The position numbers and the translations under genes are program-made. A stretch of DNA of 64,000 nt, from positions 1,178,001 through 1,242,000 of the forward strand of contig JAWMAR010000155.1 in the NCBI GenBank assembly GCA_036785375.1, in the 5' to 3' direction. This document shows positions 16,001 through 29,200 of this stretch, piece after piece; positions within the stretch are counted from its first letter, which is position 1; every line of letters starts with the position of its first letter. Under the pieces are notes generated by a model. The model did not search any database. It was not told the DNA's origin and saw only the letters and a program-made list of their open reading frames with translations. Source of the stretch: Leucoraja ocellata (lineage: Eukaryota).

Positions 16001-18892
16001 TAAGTATAGGATATATTAGATACGGTGAGACGTGCACTCATACCTAACAATAAGGTTGATGTGATTCAACAATTCACTTTATTGTGTTATATAATTGATC
16101 CCTTCACGCAATCATATGTTTTATTTCAAAAATTAAATGTAAACATCGATAAATTATGTGAGATTTGCTTTTCTGGAAGAGTAGTGCTAAATTTTCCCCA
16201 AATTATCTAGAAATTAGAATGTTACTCTTATTTTCATTTACTAGATAGTTTTCCAATGTGATTAAAACATCACATAACAAAACGAGCTAGATTTTATATC
16301 CTCCTTATGATCGGCAGTTCACTGTTTCCTGTACCCCATTATAAACAGGAAATTATTTCAGAATTCCAGGTCTGTAGACTACAGGATCAACACGAAAGAA
16401 GTCCAACTGAGATACCAAGGAACTTTGATTATACCTTTGTGTTGTATGAAAAACAGCGGAAAAAAACACTACGATGAATGCAATAAATAGACATGGTACT
16501 CCGCATAGTTAAAACACTACTGAGCAGTGTACATTCCTAATTATTTCCTCGCAAAATTGTATTTCGAAGGACACATTATAAAGGAACAGATTAGGGAAAT
16601 AATCTTTTTTGATAAAATCTTGGTGCTGGCGTTATTCTGATGCAATGTGTTCATGTCCTTTTTGACCAAATTTGATATGAAATATAGCGGAAAATCTCGC
16701 TATTTTGGGTCCATGCGTTATACTCCTTTCTTTCAACCCACTCATAGAACGTTTAACGTAATGAAGAGGGAAATTCTTCATTCTACTACAGTTTAATTCA
16801 GCTTGTTGCAAGTGCGTGAGTTGGTGCATGTTTGCAGTTTAAATCATAAGGTCTAATCTAAGGATATCGTGATTGATATTGCAAATAAACACAATGGACC
16901 CATTATATTTCTGGCAAAGGGCAATAGGTTGTCCATTAAATCACCCCAAAAACTTAAAATCGAACAACATGAAGCATTGGACAGCATTTTTAACAAGCAA
17001 CATAATATGGGATAGTATGTCTAATAGCTAGGATTGACTGCGCACACTCAAGCTGTGAGTGGTTTACGTTAGTGATGTGCGGTGTTGGAATTCCATGCCA
17101 TTCTATCTTATCATGATACATTTTGCAAATATTTAACTAAAGAAGTTTGATTATGAAGAAGGGTATAACATGTTTTATGTGTAAAATATGCAAACTGTCC
17201 ATGTTAACTAAAACCAGAATAATACCCCAGATTAAAGAAAGTAGCAACTATATCATACTGAATGATAGATACATCGCGGTTAAGTAGCAACATCAGCGTG
17301 GTGCACTTTATACAGAATGCAGAGTTACTTTTTTACCTTTGCTGCATTTTTAAATTAGATATTTATTCTGTACTTGGCGTACATACGATGCTACATCCAG
17401 GCCCCACCCCCTTGTAACTGAGGATATTAATTTCATGTACCAATAAGTCTTAGACTTTTGTCTGGCTAATTATATTGTTGAAAATAATCTTCAAGCAGCA
17501 CCAATTGAGTGCATTGTTTGGTTTTGCCTGAGCAATATATCAGTATCTCCGCCGTATCTGCTTTTCACTCGTCTTTTTGCAGACGTCAACTTAAAAAAAA
17601 AACACAGTTAAACATTTTTATGATACATTTCTTCTAATAACTGAAACTATAAAAGCTATAAAAGCAGGATCGGGGGAGTATAGTTGTTTTCGATGCATTT
17701 ATAGACGAAAAACAACATTTGTTTCAAAATATGCTTTAGTTTCTCCGAAGGAGGCTGGGATGTAATAACAGGTTATCACCATGGTAGAGAAAAATGGGTG
17801 CTCTATATACAGTTCTCATTAGAGTTAAGATCACTAGTTGCACTTTTAATGCAGCTACAATATAAACACACTACATATAAAATGCTAAATTATACGGGAT
17901 TTTGAGAGAATTCAACACACTTTTCAATGTCAGAAACAGATACACGTGATTAGTTAATTTACCCGCTGCGTTGACCGCGGAGAATAGATACCGTAGTCTA
18001 TATCTCACCACTAGTTTATGACTGGAACTGATTAAGCAGCGGTGGAAAGAAGCTAGAAACCAGATAACTTGTACCATTACGATTGTATATTTGTAAGAAA
18101 AGTGAAACTATCTAAAGATATACTATACTTCCCATGTCTAAAATCGTCATTGCAATTCAGCAACTAATGTCAGCACTCTTTTGCGAATTATATTGAAGTA
18201 TTCCACATTCATACCAAATTTAGAGAATCGATGCCAATGAATGTCCATAACTTGAAGGATATATATTTTGGTATTGTTCTGAAAATATCCCTATACCTTT
18301 AACGGTGACCATGTCCACTAGTAGTGCGTTGTATTCCTTTTTTTGCAAACACAGAACAATTATGGAGAAAAAGATCTCCTCGTTCAATTTGTTGCCGAAT
18401 TACTGCTAACTTTACACTAAAAAATAGTCTTGGTGACACTAACCCGAAAATGCGTTTTGCTAACAATATCATTAAATAGTGGTGATGCAGGAACGCTTTT
18501 TCTGGAATGAATCGGGGAATTATGGTTGTGGTTATACATTTCTATGTAGTTGCCTGTAAGGCCGATATTTAGGAAGATAGAAACCCACCAAGAAAACCAA
18601 AGCTCCACTCCAAAGTTGGTCTAATATACTCTTCCAAATCACATTGTATTCAAATTATCCGTAAATGAACAAAATAATGCAACTGTCATGGAAAAATATG
18701 GAATCTACATAGACTGGGTCGAAGGTTGTTGTTACAATACTATGGTCGTCAAATATTAATACTGGTACTTTCAGGCAGGGTACATTGATCTACAGCAAAC
18801 AGCTGCTTGCGGGATGTACTGTCACTAATTTATACAGTGAGCGACGACATAAAACAATGTAAATGACCACGATTCAGACTAGAGGTCCAAAA

Positions 18893-19433
18893 NNNNNNNN
18901 NNNNNNNNNNNNNNNNNNNNNNNNNNNNNNNNNNNNNNNNNNNNNNNNNNNNNNNNNNNNNNNNNNNNNNNNNNNNNNNNNNNNNNNNNNNNNNNNNNNN
19001 NNNNNNNNNNNNNNNNNNNNNNNNNNNNNNNNNNNNNNNNNNNNNNNNNNNNNNNNNNNNNNNNNNNNNNNNNNNNNNNNNNNNNNNNNNNNNNNNNNAG
19101 GCTGTTGTGTTTTTTTGAATGGGNNNNNNNNNNNNNNNNNNNNNNNNNNNNNNNNNNNNNNNNNNNNNNNNNNNNNNNNNNNNNNNNNNNNNNNNNNNNN
19201 NNNNNNNNNNNNNNNNNNNNNNNNNNNNNNNNNNNNNNNNNNNNNNNNNNNNNNNNNNNNNNNNNNNNNNNNNNNNNNNNNNNNNNNNNNNNNNNNNNNN
19301 NNNNNNNNNNNNNNNNNNNNNNNNNNNNNNNNNNNNNNNNNNNNNNNNNNNNNNNNNNNNNNNNNNNNNNNNNNNNNNNNNNNNNNNNNNNNNNNNNNNN
19401 NNNNNNNNNNNNNNNNNNNNNNNNNNNNNNNNN
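18893..19433. other. Two N runs (18893-19098, 19124-19433) separated by a 25-bp island
   Basis: Directly visible. Confidence 0.95.
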
Positions 19434-22400
19434 GACTGGGAACAGCCAGACACACATGCGTTATGAGGCCAACATTATTTTGTGTCAACAGCTTATCAAA
19501 TAAACAAATTACTACTTAGTTTATTGGTGGTATTTCATTGAAAATGCGAAAATACCATAGAAAGATTTTTTAAATACCTTGATTAGTATAACGCGCGGTT
19601 TCAATTGTAGTTATATTAATTCGAAATCTATTAATTATTCATTTTACAAGCTTGCATCTTAGTGGTTCGGTTTATATTTTTGATATAAGTTAGAAATTCG
19701 ATGATGCTAAATGTCACGCCGGTACTGGAACTGGTTTTGTTCAGAGTTCATCGTGTATTAAACAATGCTGAAGATAATCCAAGAGCTGGCAGTCATCGTC
19801 TTAAGTAAAGAACGTCAATTCAAAGGAAGTTAAAACAAACTATGAAATAATATCTATCATATCTTTACACCATTTGGGGTGTTTTTTTGGATGTCATTTC
19901 TTTCCAAGTATGTGTGGGGGCGAGTAAAAGCGTGTAAAGACGTGTAAGCGTATCAATTAAAAAAGTAACTAACCTGCAAAATGCTCATTGTCATATTTCG
20001 CCGTGAGTATGCATTTTACTCCAAGGAGGCACCAGCAAATCTAGGGGATTTTGACAACCAAATAACAATTCCAATCGTGGTAACTTTTTGTAGCAATGTT
20101 GCAGATAAATAGATATTTATATTACTAAATAACTTTGCGGGCACAAAAGCTTCAACAAAAAAGTGACGTTTAAACGTATAGGGCATGTATTTAGGGCTAC
20201 AAGTGTTCATTCGGTAAATAATATCAGCAATGCATAATACACAGCGAAATTACAGTTTGCCTTTCAATTTCTTTATGACAATATTTTCTGCGACAACATT
20301 AGTATCGCAGTGGATATGAGTGCAAAGCAAATGCAAACTCCATTTGTTTTGAATAGTTCAAAAGCTACAAATGTAAAATGCATATTGCATAAACACCTCC
20401 CCCCCCCCCCCCCCCTCCAAATATATTATTTATCTACAAATGAGTACAGTGATCATAGCATCTTGCTTATACCGTTATGATTTGGGGTATATTTTGTTCT
20501 ATATATTAATAATCCTAATAACATCTTATTTGCTACGTATATTTTAGTCAGTTTGTGTCGTAATTTCAATATCGTAGTGTTGAATAATCCTTACAATATC
20601 CTCCATAATGTCCATCCCTCCATTCACTTGTATTTCAAAAATTCTGGTAAATTTTCGGGAGCAACATAAAAGGATGTTGCGCCTTGTCGTGCATTAAGGT
20701 CATTTTTCAGTAACTATGAAAGATCGACGTCAATAAAGCGCACTGATTTCTAAAGTTCTGTTTCCTTTCCTTGTTCAAATACACCAAACTCGCTCTTCCC
20801 GTAATTCACGAATCTCCAGTTTTTAAGACTTCGAGCACCCTTCAGCATCCATAGCTGAAGAATAAATTATGAAAAAAGGAAAGAGAATAAGTGATAAAGA
20901 CCTGTTTTGTTTTTCGATCCCGCATTGGATTTAAAACAAATCCCTTTGAATATCGTAGTGTGAAATCCCTGTCTAATTGTAACTATACTAGAAATAATTC
21001 AGAATATTGTAATAACTCTGCATGTACAAATTATCCAATACACTTTTCGCACCTCCAACGTCGATGCCATGCACAGATTTCCGGGCAGGCAGTCAAATAA
21101 TGGGTAAAGTCAGGGGTGGCCTTCAAAGTTCTGCCTCCCGCCCCTAAACTAGCTCAGGCAACCTTCTGATAGTTGCAATTTTAATACAAAACTATCTGCT
21201 GAAAATCTCAATAATGTGTCCATTATAGAAAGTCTAATAACTCTGTCTAACTTCCAGCTTCTGGACGTTATTTTAAACAACAATTTGAAATGATATTGGA
21301 CTTTAGCCGGAAATCACCAGAATACCAGTTGAAAATTATCTTTGCTTTGATGACATTTTAGTTTAGTGCCAGTGTCCAAATCATACATATTTCCGGTTGC
21401 ATGGTTTTTTGTCTCAAACAAAGCAAATAGATAGCAAACAGTTCACAGAAGCGCCCACCACTAAAATCATGTTATTTCTACTATTATGGATATACCTAAT
21501 GTTAGTGTGGAAACATTAAAAAGTCAATGTGCGTTCAATTTGTTAATTTATATATAGAACAATTCCATATTGAACAATTATTTTCCAGTTCGACGTTTTA
21601 GTTCGAGCACAGCTAATATTTTTCGAAGGTATACATTATGTGGCATTGTGTGGCTTTGGCACATGTGGTCGGTCACGGGTCATGGGTCAAACGATATGGT
21701 ATTTCAAAAGTCGGCGACTTCAGAGCTATCCTTGCGCGCAGAAGCCAACTGACTAACTTCATTTGAATCAGTTTTGATAGAGATAAGTATAATAAACGAA
21801 ACGATAACACACTGGCTCAGGAATCAAACAATACGATCAACACGAAGAAATTCGGCCTCAGAAACATTCAAATTAACTTTGAAATAATTCCAATGTCCAT
21901 TCCAATGCTTGGAATATTTGCTTAGAGGAAGCAAGTAAACAATTATCAGTTAATTATCTTAGAATTCTAATGCGTTTTGCTTGCAGGAAAAACACCGATA
22001 AACGACACGCGTTGACCGACGCAATTGTTGAAGAGCTCTCTCACTGTACTAGAACATACATTTGAACACAAAACAATTCTAGTTGCGAGTGTGGTTTATA
22101 AGCGTAGCTGCGTTTTAAGAAGAGCATCAGTTAATACATGTTTGTCGCAAATAAGCGATTGAAAGATTAACTTCAAATTAGAAATCAAATTTAAGTTTTA
22201 AATTGAATTCATGGAACACATCGAATTTTAAATCAAGTTAAAACAATTCCTTTTTTAAACTAGTACTTCAGCCTACAGACGTATATCCCCCCACCCCCGC
22301 TCCTCCCTTCATAGAACAACCAAATGCTTTGCTATCCATCGACCGAAAACAATCCGAGGGATAATATCGGTACACACAAGTGCTTTCGAATGGAAATGCA

Positions 22401-24719
22401 TAATTCAAAGCCACTCGCACCTAGTTTTGCTTTTATTGGAACATGATGGCTCCTGACAAGGGCTATTCTGAGGAAACAAAAATCTGACTGATATCTCTAT
22501 TCTCTTTTTAGTCAATTGCATTTACATGAAAGATGATGGAAATTCAGGGGTCAGGAGTCGTTTAGTATAAGTCACTTGAATACACGTGCCTCTCTTACCG
22601 TCCGCCACCTGTTGAAGAAGATGTCTTCGATCATTTAATTCAGGTAACTGAAGTTTTTAAAGAAATCTACTTTGTAGCGGCAACTAGGTAGTCATTCTTC
22701 ATTTCGCCTTTTCAAGGTTTCTGGAAGCAGTTAGGGAATGTATGATGAAGCAGAAATGAGCCGTCAGGATGATATTTTAATGGCTTATATGTCACGTCGG
22801 TGCATGCGGCTTTGAACTCAAGCAGCCTGCGTTTCCTGCGGAGAACGCCGCAAATCCCACTTGATAACTTCTACCATCCTTCAAATTTAAAAATCAGTCC
22901 TTCTTTGTATATTGGGAGAAGTAGTCTAAAGATAATGCTATGGGAAACGTTTACTTTTCATACTCCTAAAGTGTCCCTTTAGAATTTGCACACTCAATGA
23001 GCAGTAAATCTTTTTGAATCAAATTGCTCCAGCTTCTGCTTCTAGACTGCTGTGATTTTAATATCAATGTTATCAGTATATTGCATCATTTAAAGTAACG
23101 CTATGTGGCTAGCTATTGTAATCACCCAGCAAGACAATATTATGTTCTACTTAAATCTTTAAGAACGCAGGAGATCCAGATATCCAACCAAAGCAGACAA
23201 ATAAGATTTCTTTTTGTGCACAAATATGGGACCTATCGCGTCAGAATAGTCAGTTTAACCACAATTAGTATCTTCTCATAAGGCAATTTTAGACCATTAA
23301 AGTACCTTAAAAATTACACTAATTCCCTATTCAATACCCACACCGGCCTCGTGCTTTCGACAAAGTAAGCACGTAGCCTCAAATTGTTGTAAATTGGAAA
23401 CTCAAGTGGCATGCATTTTAATTTGTTTTTGGTATAAGCTCTTAGTGCGAACCTTGTCGTCAGGTTCCTACCCCGTAATGATAAACATGCTTCCTTGAGC
23501 AACAGCGCTACTGTAAAATATCTATAGAACTTTGCTGCCGAATAACGTCCTAAGGTGGTCAATTAAACGCTGGGCTTTCGCATACTCCAATACCTTCGCG
23601 CGAAATATTTTGTTCGAAGTTAACCTGTTGTACTTTAACAGTAAATACTTTTTTTTTTAAGTGTTTGTTTGAAAAAAAAAAAGCGAGCAAACGTGTTCGT
23701 GTAAACTGGGTAATCACAAAACTGAATTGGAAAGAGCATAGATTGGAAGAAATAAGACAAGTATTTGAAAGCACTGCCCTTCCAAAGTGATGGTTTGCTA
23801 ACGGAGATAATAGTTAAAGGATGCGGTAAGATCTCTTTGTTATAAAATAAGACTTTAACTCGGAGGTTTAGCTTCAAGGAAGTTCATTGAAGTGGCGAAC
23901 AAAAGGTAAATTGAACGATTCCGATTCTGTGTTGGCTTTTTACGTTTCTATTACTTGAATGTAATTAGACTTAATGAATATGCAAACCGTTGGCCTCACT
24001 TTAAAAAAAACTTTACAGGGACACAGTAAATAGACTTTAACAAATTTGGGGCAGCGGATGGGAAAGTGTAAACTAAAAGATGATGTGGTAAAAAGCTATA
24101 TTTTCCTTTACTGACGATGTGCATAAACAATTTCCGCATTCATTGTCCGCAATCAATGAAAAGCGCACCACTTTTTATACATAAAGGGGGGAAATCCTTA
24201 CTTCCAGCTATTCTGCGATTGTGTGAGGACCTATAGATATGTATAGAGCAATTCATCGTCACCATAGTAAAAAAAAGGACCAAGCAAGATGTTTTCAATC
24301 GCCTTTTACATGTGGAAAGACAGGTTAATCAAGGGTTTCGTCTCGAAAACAACCGAGTGTTGTATGTTTGTACTGAATCCAAACATATGCATTTTCCAAA
24401 CCCAATTCAATAGAGTGTTCTTTCTCTTTTTGCTCACTCATCTGGGTAAGTGAATTTTCACCGGCGATCAAAAAGCTACTGAACAACAAAGGAAGCCGCC
24501 CGCTTTTTTTTTCTAGTCTGGAGTTGTGGCACATTAACGAATTTCAAACAGTCTGACAAGGGGTGACTGAATTGTGAAGTCGAAGAAGACAAGAGTTTTC
24601 TTCTGTTCTCTCTCCCACCCCCTTTCCCTCCTCCTCTTTCCATATTATATATATAAAAAAACGGAGAGGGGGAAAAAGAAAGAAAATGCGGACGGCAATA
24701 ATTTATCAGGAGGGACTGT

Positions 24720-24890
24720 CACGGGTGCACAATACCTGGGATTGATGAGGCGGGCGGGCCAATCAGGAGGCGGGATGTGCGCCCCAAACTGGTGATTGGC
24801 GCCAGGGCACAACGGGGCAGCGCCAGCCTGGCCAATTGGTGGAGACGCCGAGCGCCACGTGACTCCTCCCCCAACTCCCATTCATCAAGG
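24720..24890 (+). promoter_or_regulatory. Putative Zic1 proximal promoter
   Basis: GC boxes at 24749-24758 and 24769-24774. CCAAT/ATTGG at 24759-24763, 24795-24799 and 24832-24839. E-box CACGTG at 24856-24861. CpG-rich. Confidence 0.7.
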
Positions 24891-24927
24891 GGACGGTGTT
24901 GTCTTTTCAATTCATTTATCTGCAGGA

Positions 24928-24975
24928 ATGATTGCCGCTATCATTCTCGAGCTCACCGCCCGGCTGATGAGGTGA
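24928..24975 (+). other. Upstream ORF 1 in the presumed Zic1 5' UTR (MIAAIILELTARLMR*)
   Basis: ATG at 24928 to TGA at 24973-24975, between the promoter motifs and the main ATG. A second uORF lies at 25018-25071. Confidence 0.45.
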
Positions 24976-25219
24976 AAGTTTCTCCCCAGGAAGATAAACC
25001 GCAAAAGACAATATTGCATGATTTGCGTTTGCAGAGGGGGAAAATATCTTCAGCAAATTCCCACACGCTGAAGAGAGAGAAGAGAGAAAAATAAGGAGTT
25101 TTTGCAAGTCCTGCAGACAGACTCAGAGACTATTTTATATTAAGCAAGTTTCGTTGTGAATTGTTTGTAGTTTGCCTTTCTATATATTATTGTTCACTTT
25201 CTACCCCCATCGCCAGACG

Positions 25220-26195
25220 ATGCTTCTGGACGCTGGACCTCAATATCCTACTCTAGGAGTGACTACCTTCGGATCATCCCGACATCACTCAACAGGCGAT
25301 GTCAACGACCGAGAAGTGGGACTGGGGATAAATCCTTTCGCTGACGGGATGGGTGCTTTTAAAATCAGCCCCAGCACTCACGATCTCGCATCGGGTCAAA
25401 CTGCCTTCACGTCGCAGGCACCAGGCTACGCCGCGGCTCTGGGTCACCACCCCGGCCATGTGAGTTCGTACAGCAGCGCTGCTTTCAACTCGACCCGGGA
25501 CTTCTTGTTTCGCAATCGGGGCTTTGGGGAAGCGGCGGCGGCAAGTGCCGGTCACAGCCTCTTCGCTTCGGCCGCGGCTGCGGGCAGTTTTGCCGGACCC
25601 CATGGACATACCGACGCTGCGGGGCATCTACTCTTCCCGGGGCTTCACGAGCAGGCGACGACCCACGCTTCTCCAAATGCACATGTAATGAACGGGCAAA
25701 TGCGCTTAGGCTTTTCTGGGGACATGTATGGCAGAGCAGACCAATACAGCCAGGTCACTAGTCCCAGATCGGACCACTACGCCTCGACCCAGCTACACAG
25801 TTATGGTCCCATGAACATGAACATGGCGGCCCACCATGGGGCCGGGGCCTTCTTTCGATATATGAGGCAGCCCATAAAGCAAGAACTGATATGTAAATGG
25901 ATAGAGCCCGAACAGTTGACGAATCCTAAAAAATCATGCAACAAAACTTTTAGCACGATGCACGAACTAGTTACACACGTAACTGTGGAACACGTAGGGG
26001 GACCAGAACAGTCGAACCATATCTGCTTCTGGGAAGAGTGTTCAAGAGAGGGAAAGCCTTTCAAAGCCAAATATAAACTTGTAAATCACATCAGAGTCCA
26101 CACTGGCGAGAAACCTTTTCCCTGTCCATTCCCCGGCTGCGGCAAAGTCTTTGCTCGATCAGAAAATCTCAAGATCCACAAAAGAACTCACACAG
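25220..26195 (+). CDS. zic1: Zic1 coding exon 1 (ZOC box, ZF-NC, ZF1-ZF3)
   Basis: [24 protein letters not shown]..., ZOC motif [35 protein letters not shown]. Donor CAG|gtatgg. 976 nt, phase 1. Confidence 0.97.
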
Positions 26196-27638
26196 GTATG
26201 GAGAATTATTTTAAAAAATCACGGAGAAGTGAAATGTTACGGAGCGTTTATAATCGTTTCTATCATATTAATAAACAGGTCTCCCATATTATTTATTCAA
26301 TAGCAATTTTAACAATACATATGCAAATAAATATCATGTCAGAATAAAATGCACATGTTTAGCACTTTGATGTTCCTTAACTCTTGATGTTCCTTGCTGT
26401 GGCTGCGGTTCCTTAAAAAATAAGAACATATATATGTTTACCGCGGTTCCACGTCATGAAATGCTATACTTTAAAAAAAAATTAAAGTGGAATCAGTTAA
26501 CATAATATACGTCGTAGTAGTATTTATTTTCAATTAAATTGTCAATTTTATCTAAACATGAGAATACCTTTGGTTGCTTGGTTTCGTTAGAAATTCACAC
26601 CCGAAAGAGCATATACTTATGTTTTTTCACTCCCTTTAGTTTGGCTTCTTTATTGATAGTAATTAATTTTACACATATATATGTTAGTGGATTAGATAAA
26701 GCCGCGAAATCAACTTTCGACGATACAAAGTTCTATTCATGTAAATATATTTGCGCGTAAATATTATGTGCGTGTTTGTAAATGTGTACGAGCGCGTGTC
26801 CGAGTATATATGGGTATAATACGTTCCCACCGTGATACATATATATTGGGATCTTCCCGGGTTTATCGTCTTGTTAAAACTTGGTCCACGGTGTGTTTGT
26901 GAAAAAAAATGCACTCGACAACAATGTCGATGTTAGTGGCACATAATGGTGAGGTTGTTGTAAAGATTTAACAAAGTCGAGATTTAACATTTTCTCGACT
27001 GCAAAACCACCAGGGGCACTTAACAACAATTCACTTCACTGCATGAGATGTCCACTAACTCTTATTTTAAATAAACAGAATTGGAAACGGTTTAATTAAA
27101 GCGAAAATGCAAATAGAATTAGCAAATAATCATTTCCGTTGTCTGTTTAAAATGCTATTTCAGCATTTGCGTTACAAAAGCTGTATTAGTCTATTAGCGA
27201 AGCTATGCTTGTGTCAGGGAGAATCAATGTTTTAAATAAGAATTTGAATCCAAAAACTAGTCAGGTACCTATTTACAACTTTATTTGAGATACTATTGCA
27301 ATTAAAACAAAACAATTACTCGTGGGCATATATGCATGTAAGGCCGCTACGGCAGCTGCAATGTCTTGTAACTAGTCAGTGTCGATAATATAAATTAAGT
27401 AAACGATCAACATTATTAATCTGTGATTCATCCGCCATAAAATTCTAAACAGAGAAGATGGGGACATAACCTAATCATGCTGCAGATATTTAGGAGACGT
27501 GAGGCATAGTTGAAAAAATCGTGAGGCATGGTGATCCAAAATACGTATTTGTTTTCATGATGGCTGCTTTTCTTTGTTTTTTTAAAATAAGTTTAGTACT
27601 TTTGTATGTACACTCACGCACATACCCGGTCACACAGG

Positions 27639-27668
27639 CACACACACACACACACACACCCACACACA
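27639..27668. repeat. (CA)n microsatellite in Zic1 intron 1
   Basis: Directly visible. Confidence 0.9.
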
Positions 27669-27722
27669 TGTAACGTACACAATATATGTGTAAATAATGA
27701 ATTTCCAAGAAAAAAAACCTAA

Positions 27723-28004
<282 letters not shown>

Positions 28005-28320
28005 TGACAGCTCCGTGCAGATTAAATTATGGAGCAAGATCCCTTTTGTAACCATGTATGGTCAATATATTTTACTCTACCATAGGTCAAATTTAAATAT
28101 CGCCTACAGTTACGAAAACAAATCTATCAAGCATTTGTGCTGCATTTGTTTACTTGGCAACTTTTGGCGATTACATTTTTGAAACTGAATTTTGCAAAGG
28201 TCTCATTGTGTTAAACGATATATTATATAGAAATACATTTTACAAATTTAAGGGAAAGCCCTCACACAAACGCTATAGTTGTCTATAAGACTATTTTTAT
28301 ATGGTGGATGGTTTTTGTAG

Positions 28321-28521
28321 GTCCACGAAGCAGCCTCTCAAGGGTCACAGCCTTCTCCTGCGGCAAGTTCTGGCTACGAATCCTCAACACCCCCTACCAT
28401 CGTGTCGCCCTCTACAGAAAACCAGACCAACAGTTCAATGTCCCCGACATCATCTGCAGTTCACCACCACACATCCAACCACAGCACGCTCTCATCGAAC
28501 TTTAACGAATGGTACGTTTAA
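28321..28521 (+). CDS. zic1: Zic1 coding exon 3 (Ser/Thr-rich C-terminus)
   Basis: ttttgtag|[66 protein letters not shown]. Total CDS 1341 nt = 446 aa. This frame is not in the ORF track. Confidence 0.96.
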   Translation, partial: VHEAASQGSQPSPAASSGYESSTPPTIVSPSTENQTNSSMSPTSSAVHHHTSNHSTLSSNFNEWYV

Positions 28522-29200
28522 GTAAACCTACATAAAAATACAAAAAAAAACTTTTCAAAAAAGACTCCAAAGTTACGATCGCGAGGAATCAAAGACAAAA
28601 AAGCTGCCAATAGACGCCGAAAGGAATAATAAAAGAAGAAACCAAAACCTTTCAAAGGTTTAGTAGCGAATCTTAAAATGCATGTAGGACGATGCTATTT
28701 CTCTAGCCATTGCCAAGTGCTAGATATAGAGAACGATCTGATAAAGCTCTGAAATTGCATGTGTTCTATGGCAGCGGTCTTTTTTCTTTCCTTTTTGTAA
28801 ATATAGATTTACTAGTTTAAGAGTCTAATGTTTGAATCCTGTACATAGACATATCACAGGGGATTTGTCAACGTGGTATTTGCATATCTGGGCGACGGTT
28901 GGAAAAAATGCAATTATTTGTTTATGGATGGCAAAAAGTTACTATAGTCGATGTGTACCAAAATGTGAATTACTTTGTATTTGTCTCAACTGAGCGTCAG
29001 AAAGTTAGCAGATACTATTGTTATTAATGTGCTTTTTGTATCCAGTGCAAACCTTTCGTCCCAAAGTCTAGTCAGAGTAGTGAAGTGTTCAAAGTGTTGC
29101 TTGTTATGTCAAAAAAATATCGTAGTGCAAGCTTGGAACCCCGTGTTAAAATGTAACTTTGTTTTATGTAAGACTTGATATTAAAGCAAAATAAGAAATT
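28522..29200 (+). promoter_or_regulatory. Zic1 3' UTR with Pumilio elements and candidate poly(A) signals
   Basis: TGTAAATA at 28796-28803, TGTACATA at 28840-28847, AATAAA at 28628-28633, ATTAAA at 29180-29185. Confidence 0.55.

Noticed and set aside
18830-19519. ORFs spanning N runs (also near 5.5, 41.9 and 46.9 kb)
   Set aside because: Open only because Ns contain no stop codons.
25172-25219. N-terminal extension of Zic1 in the ORF track (MPFYILL...)
   Set aside because: It starts at TTG. The conserved Zic1 start is MLLDAG at 25220.
26196-26347. ORF read-through past Zic1 exon 1 (likewise 11357-11511 for Zic4 and 27921-28007)
   Set aside because: Intronic sequence beyond canonical GT donors, with no protein similarity.
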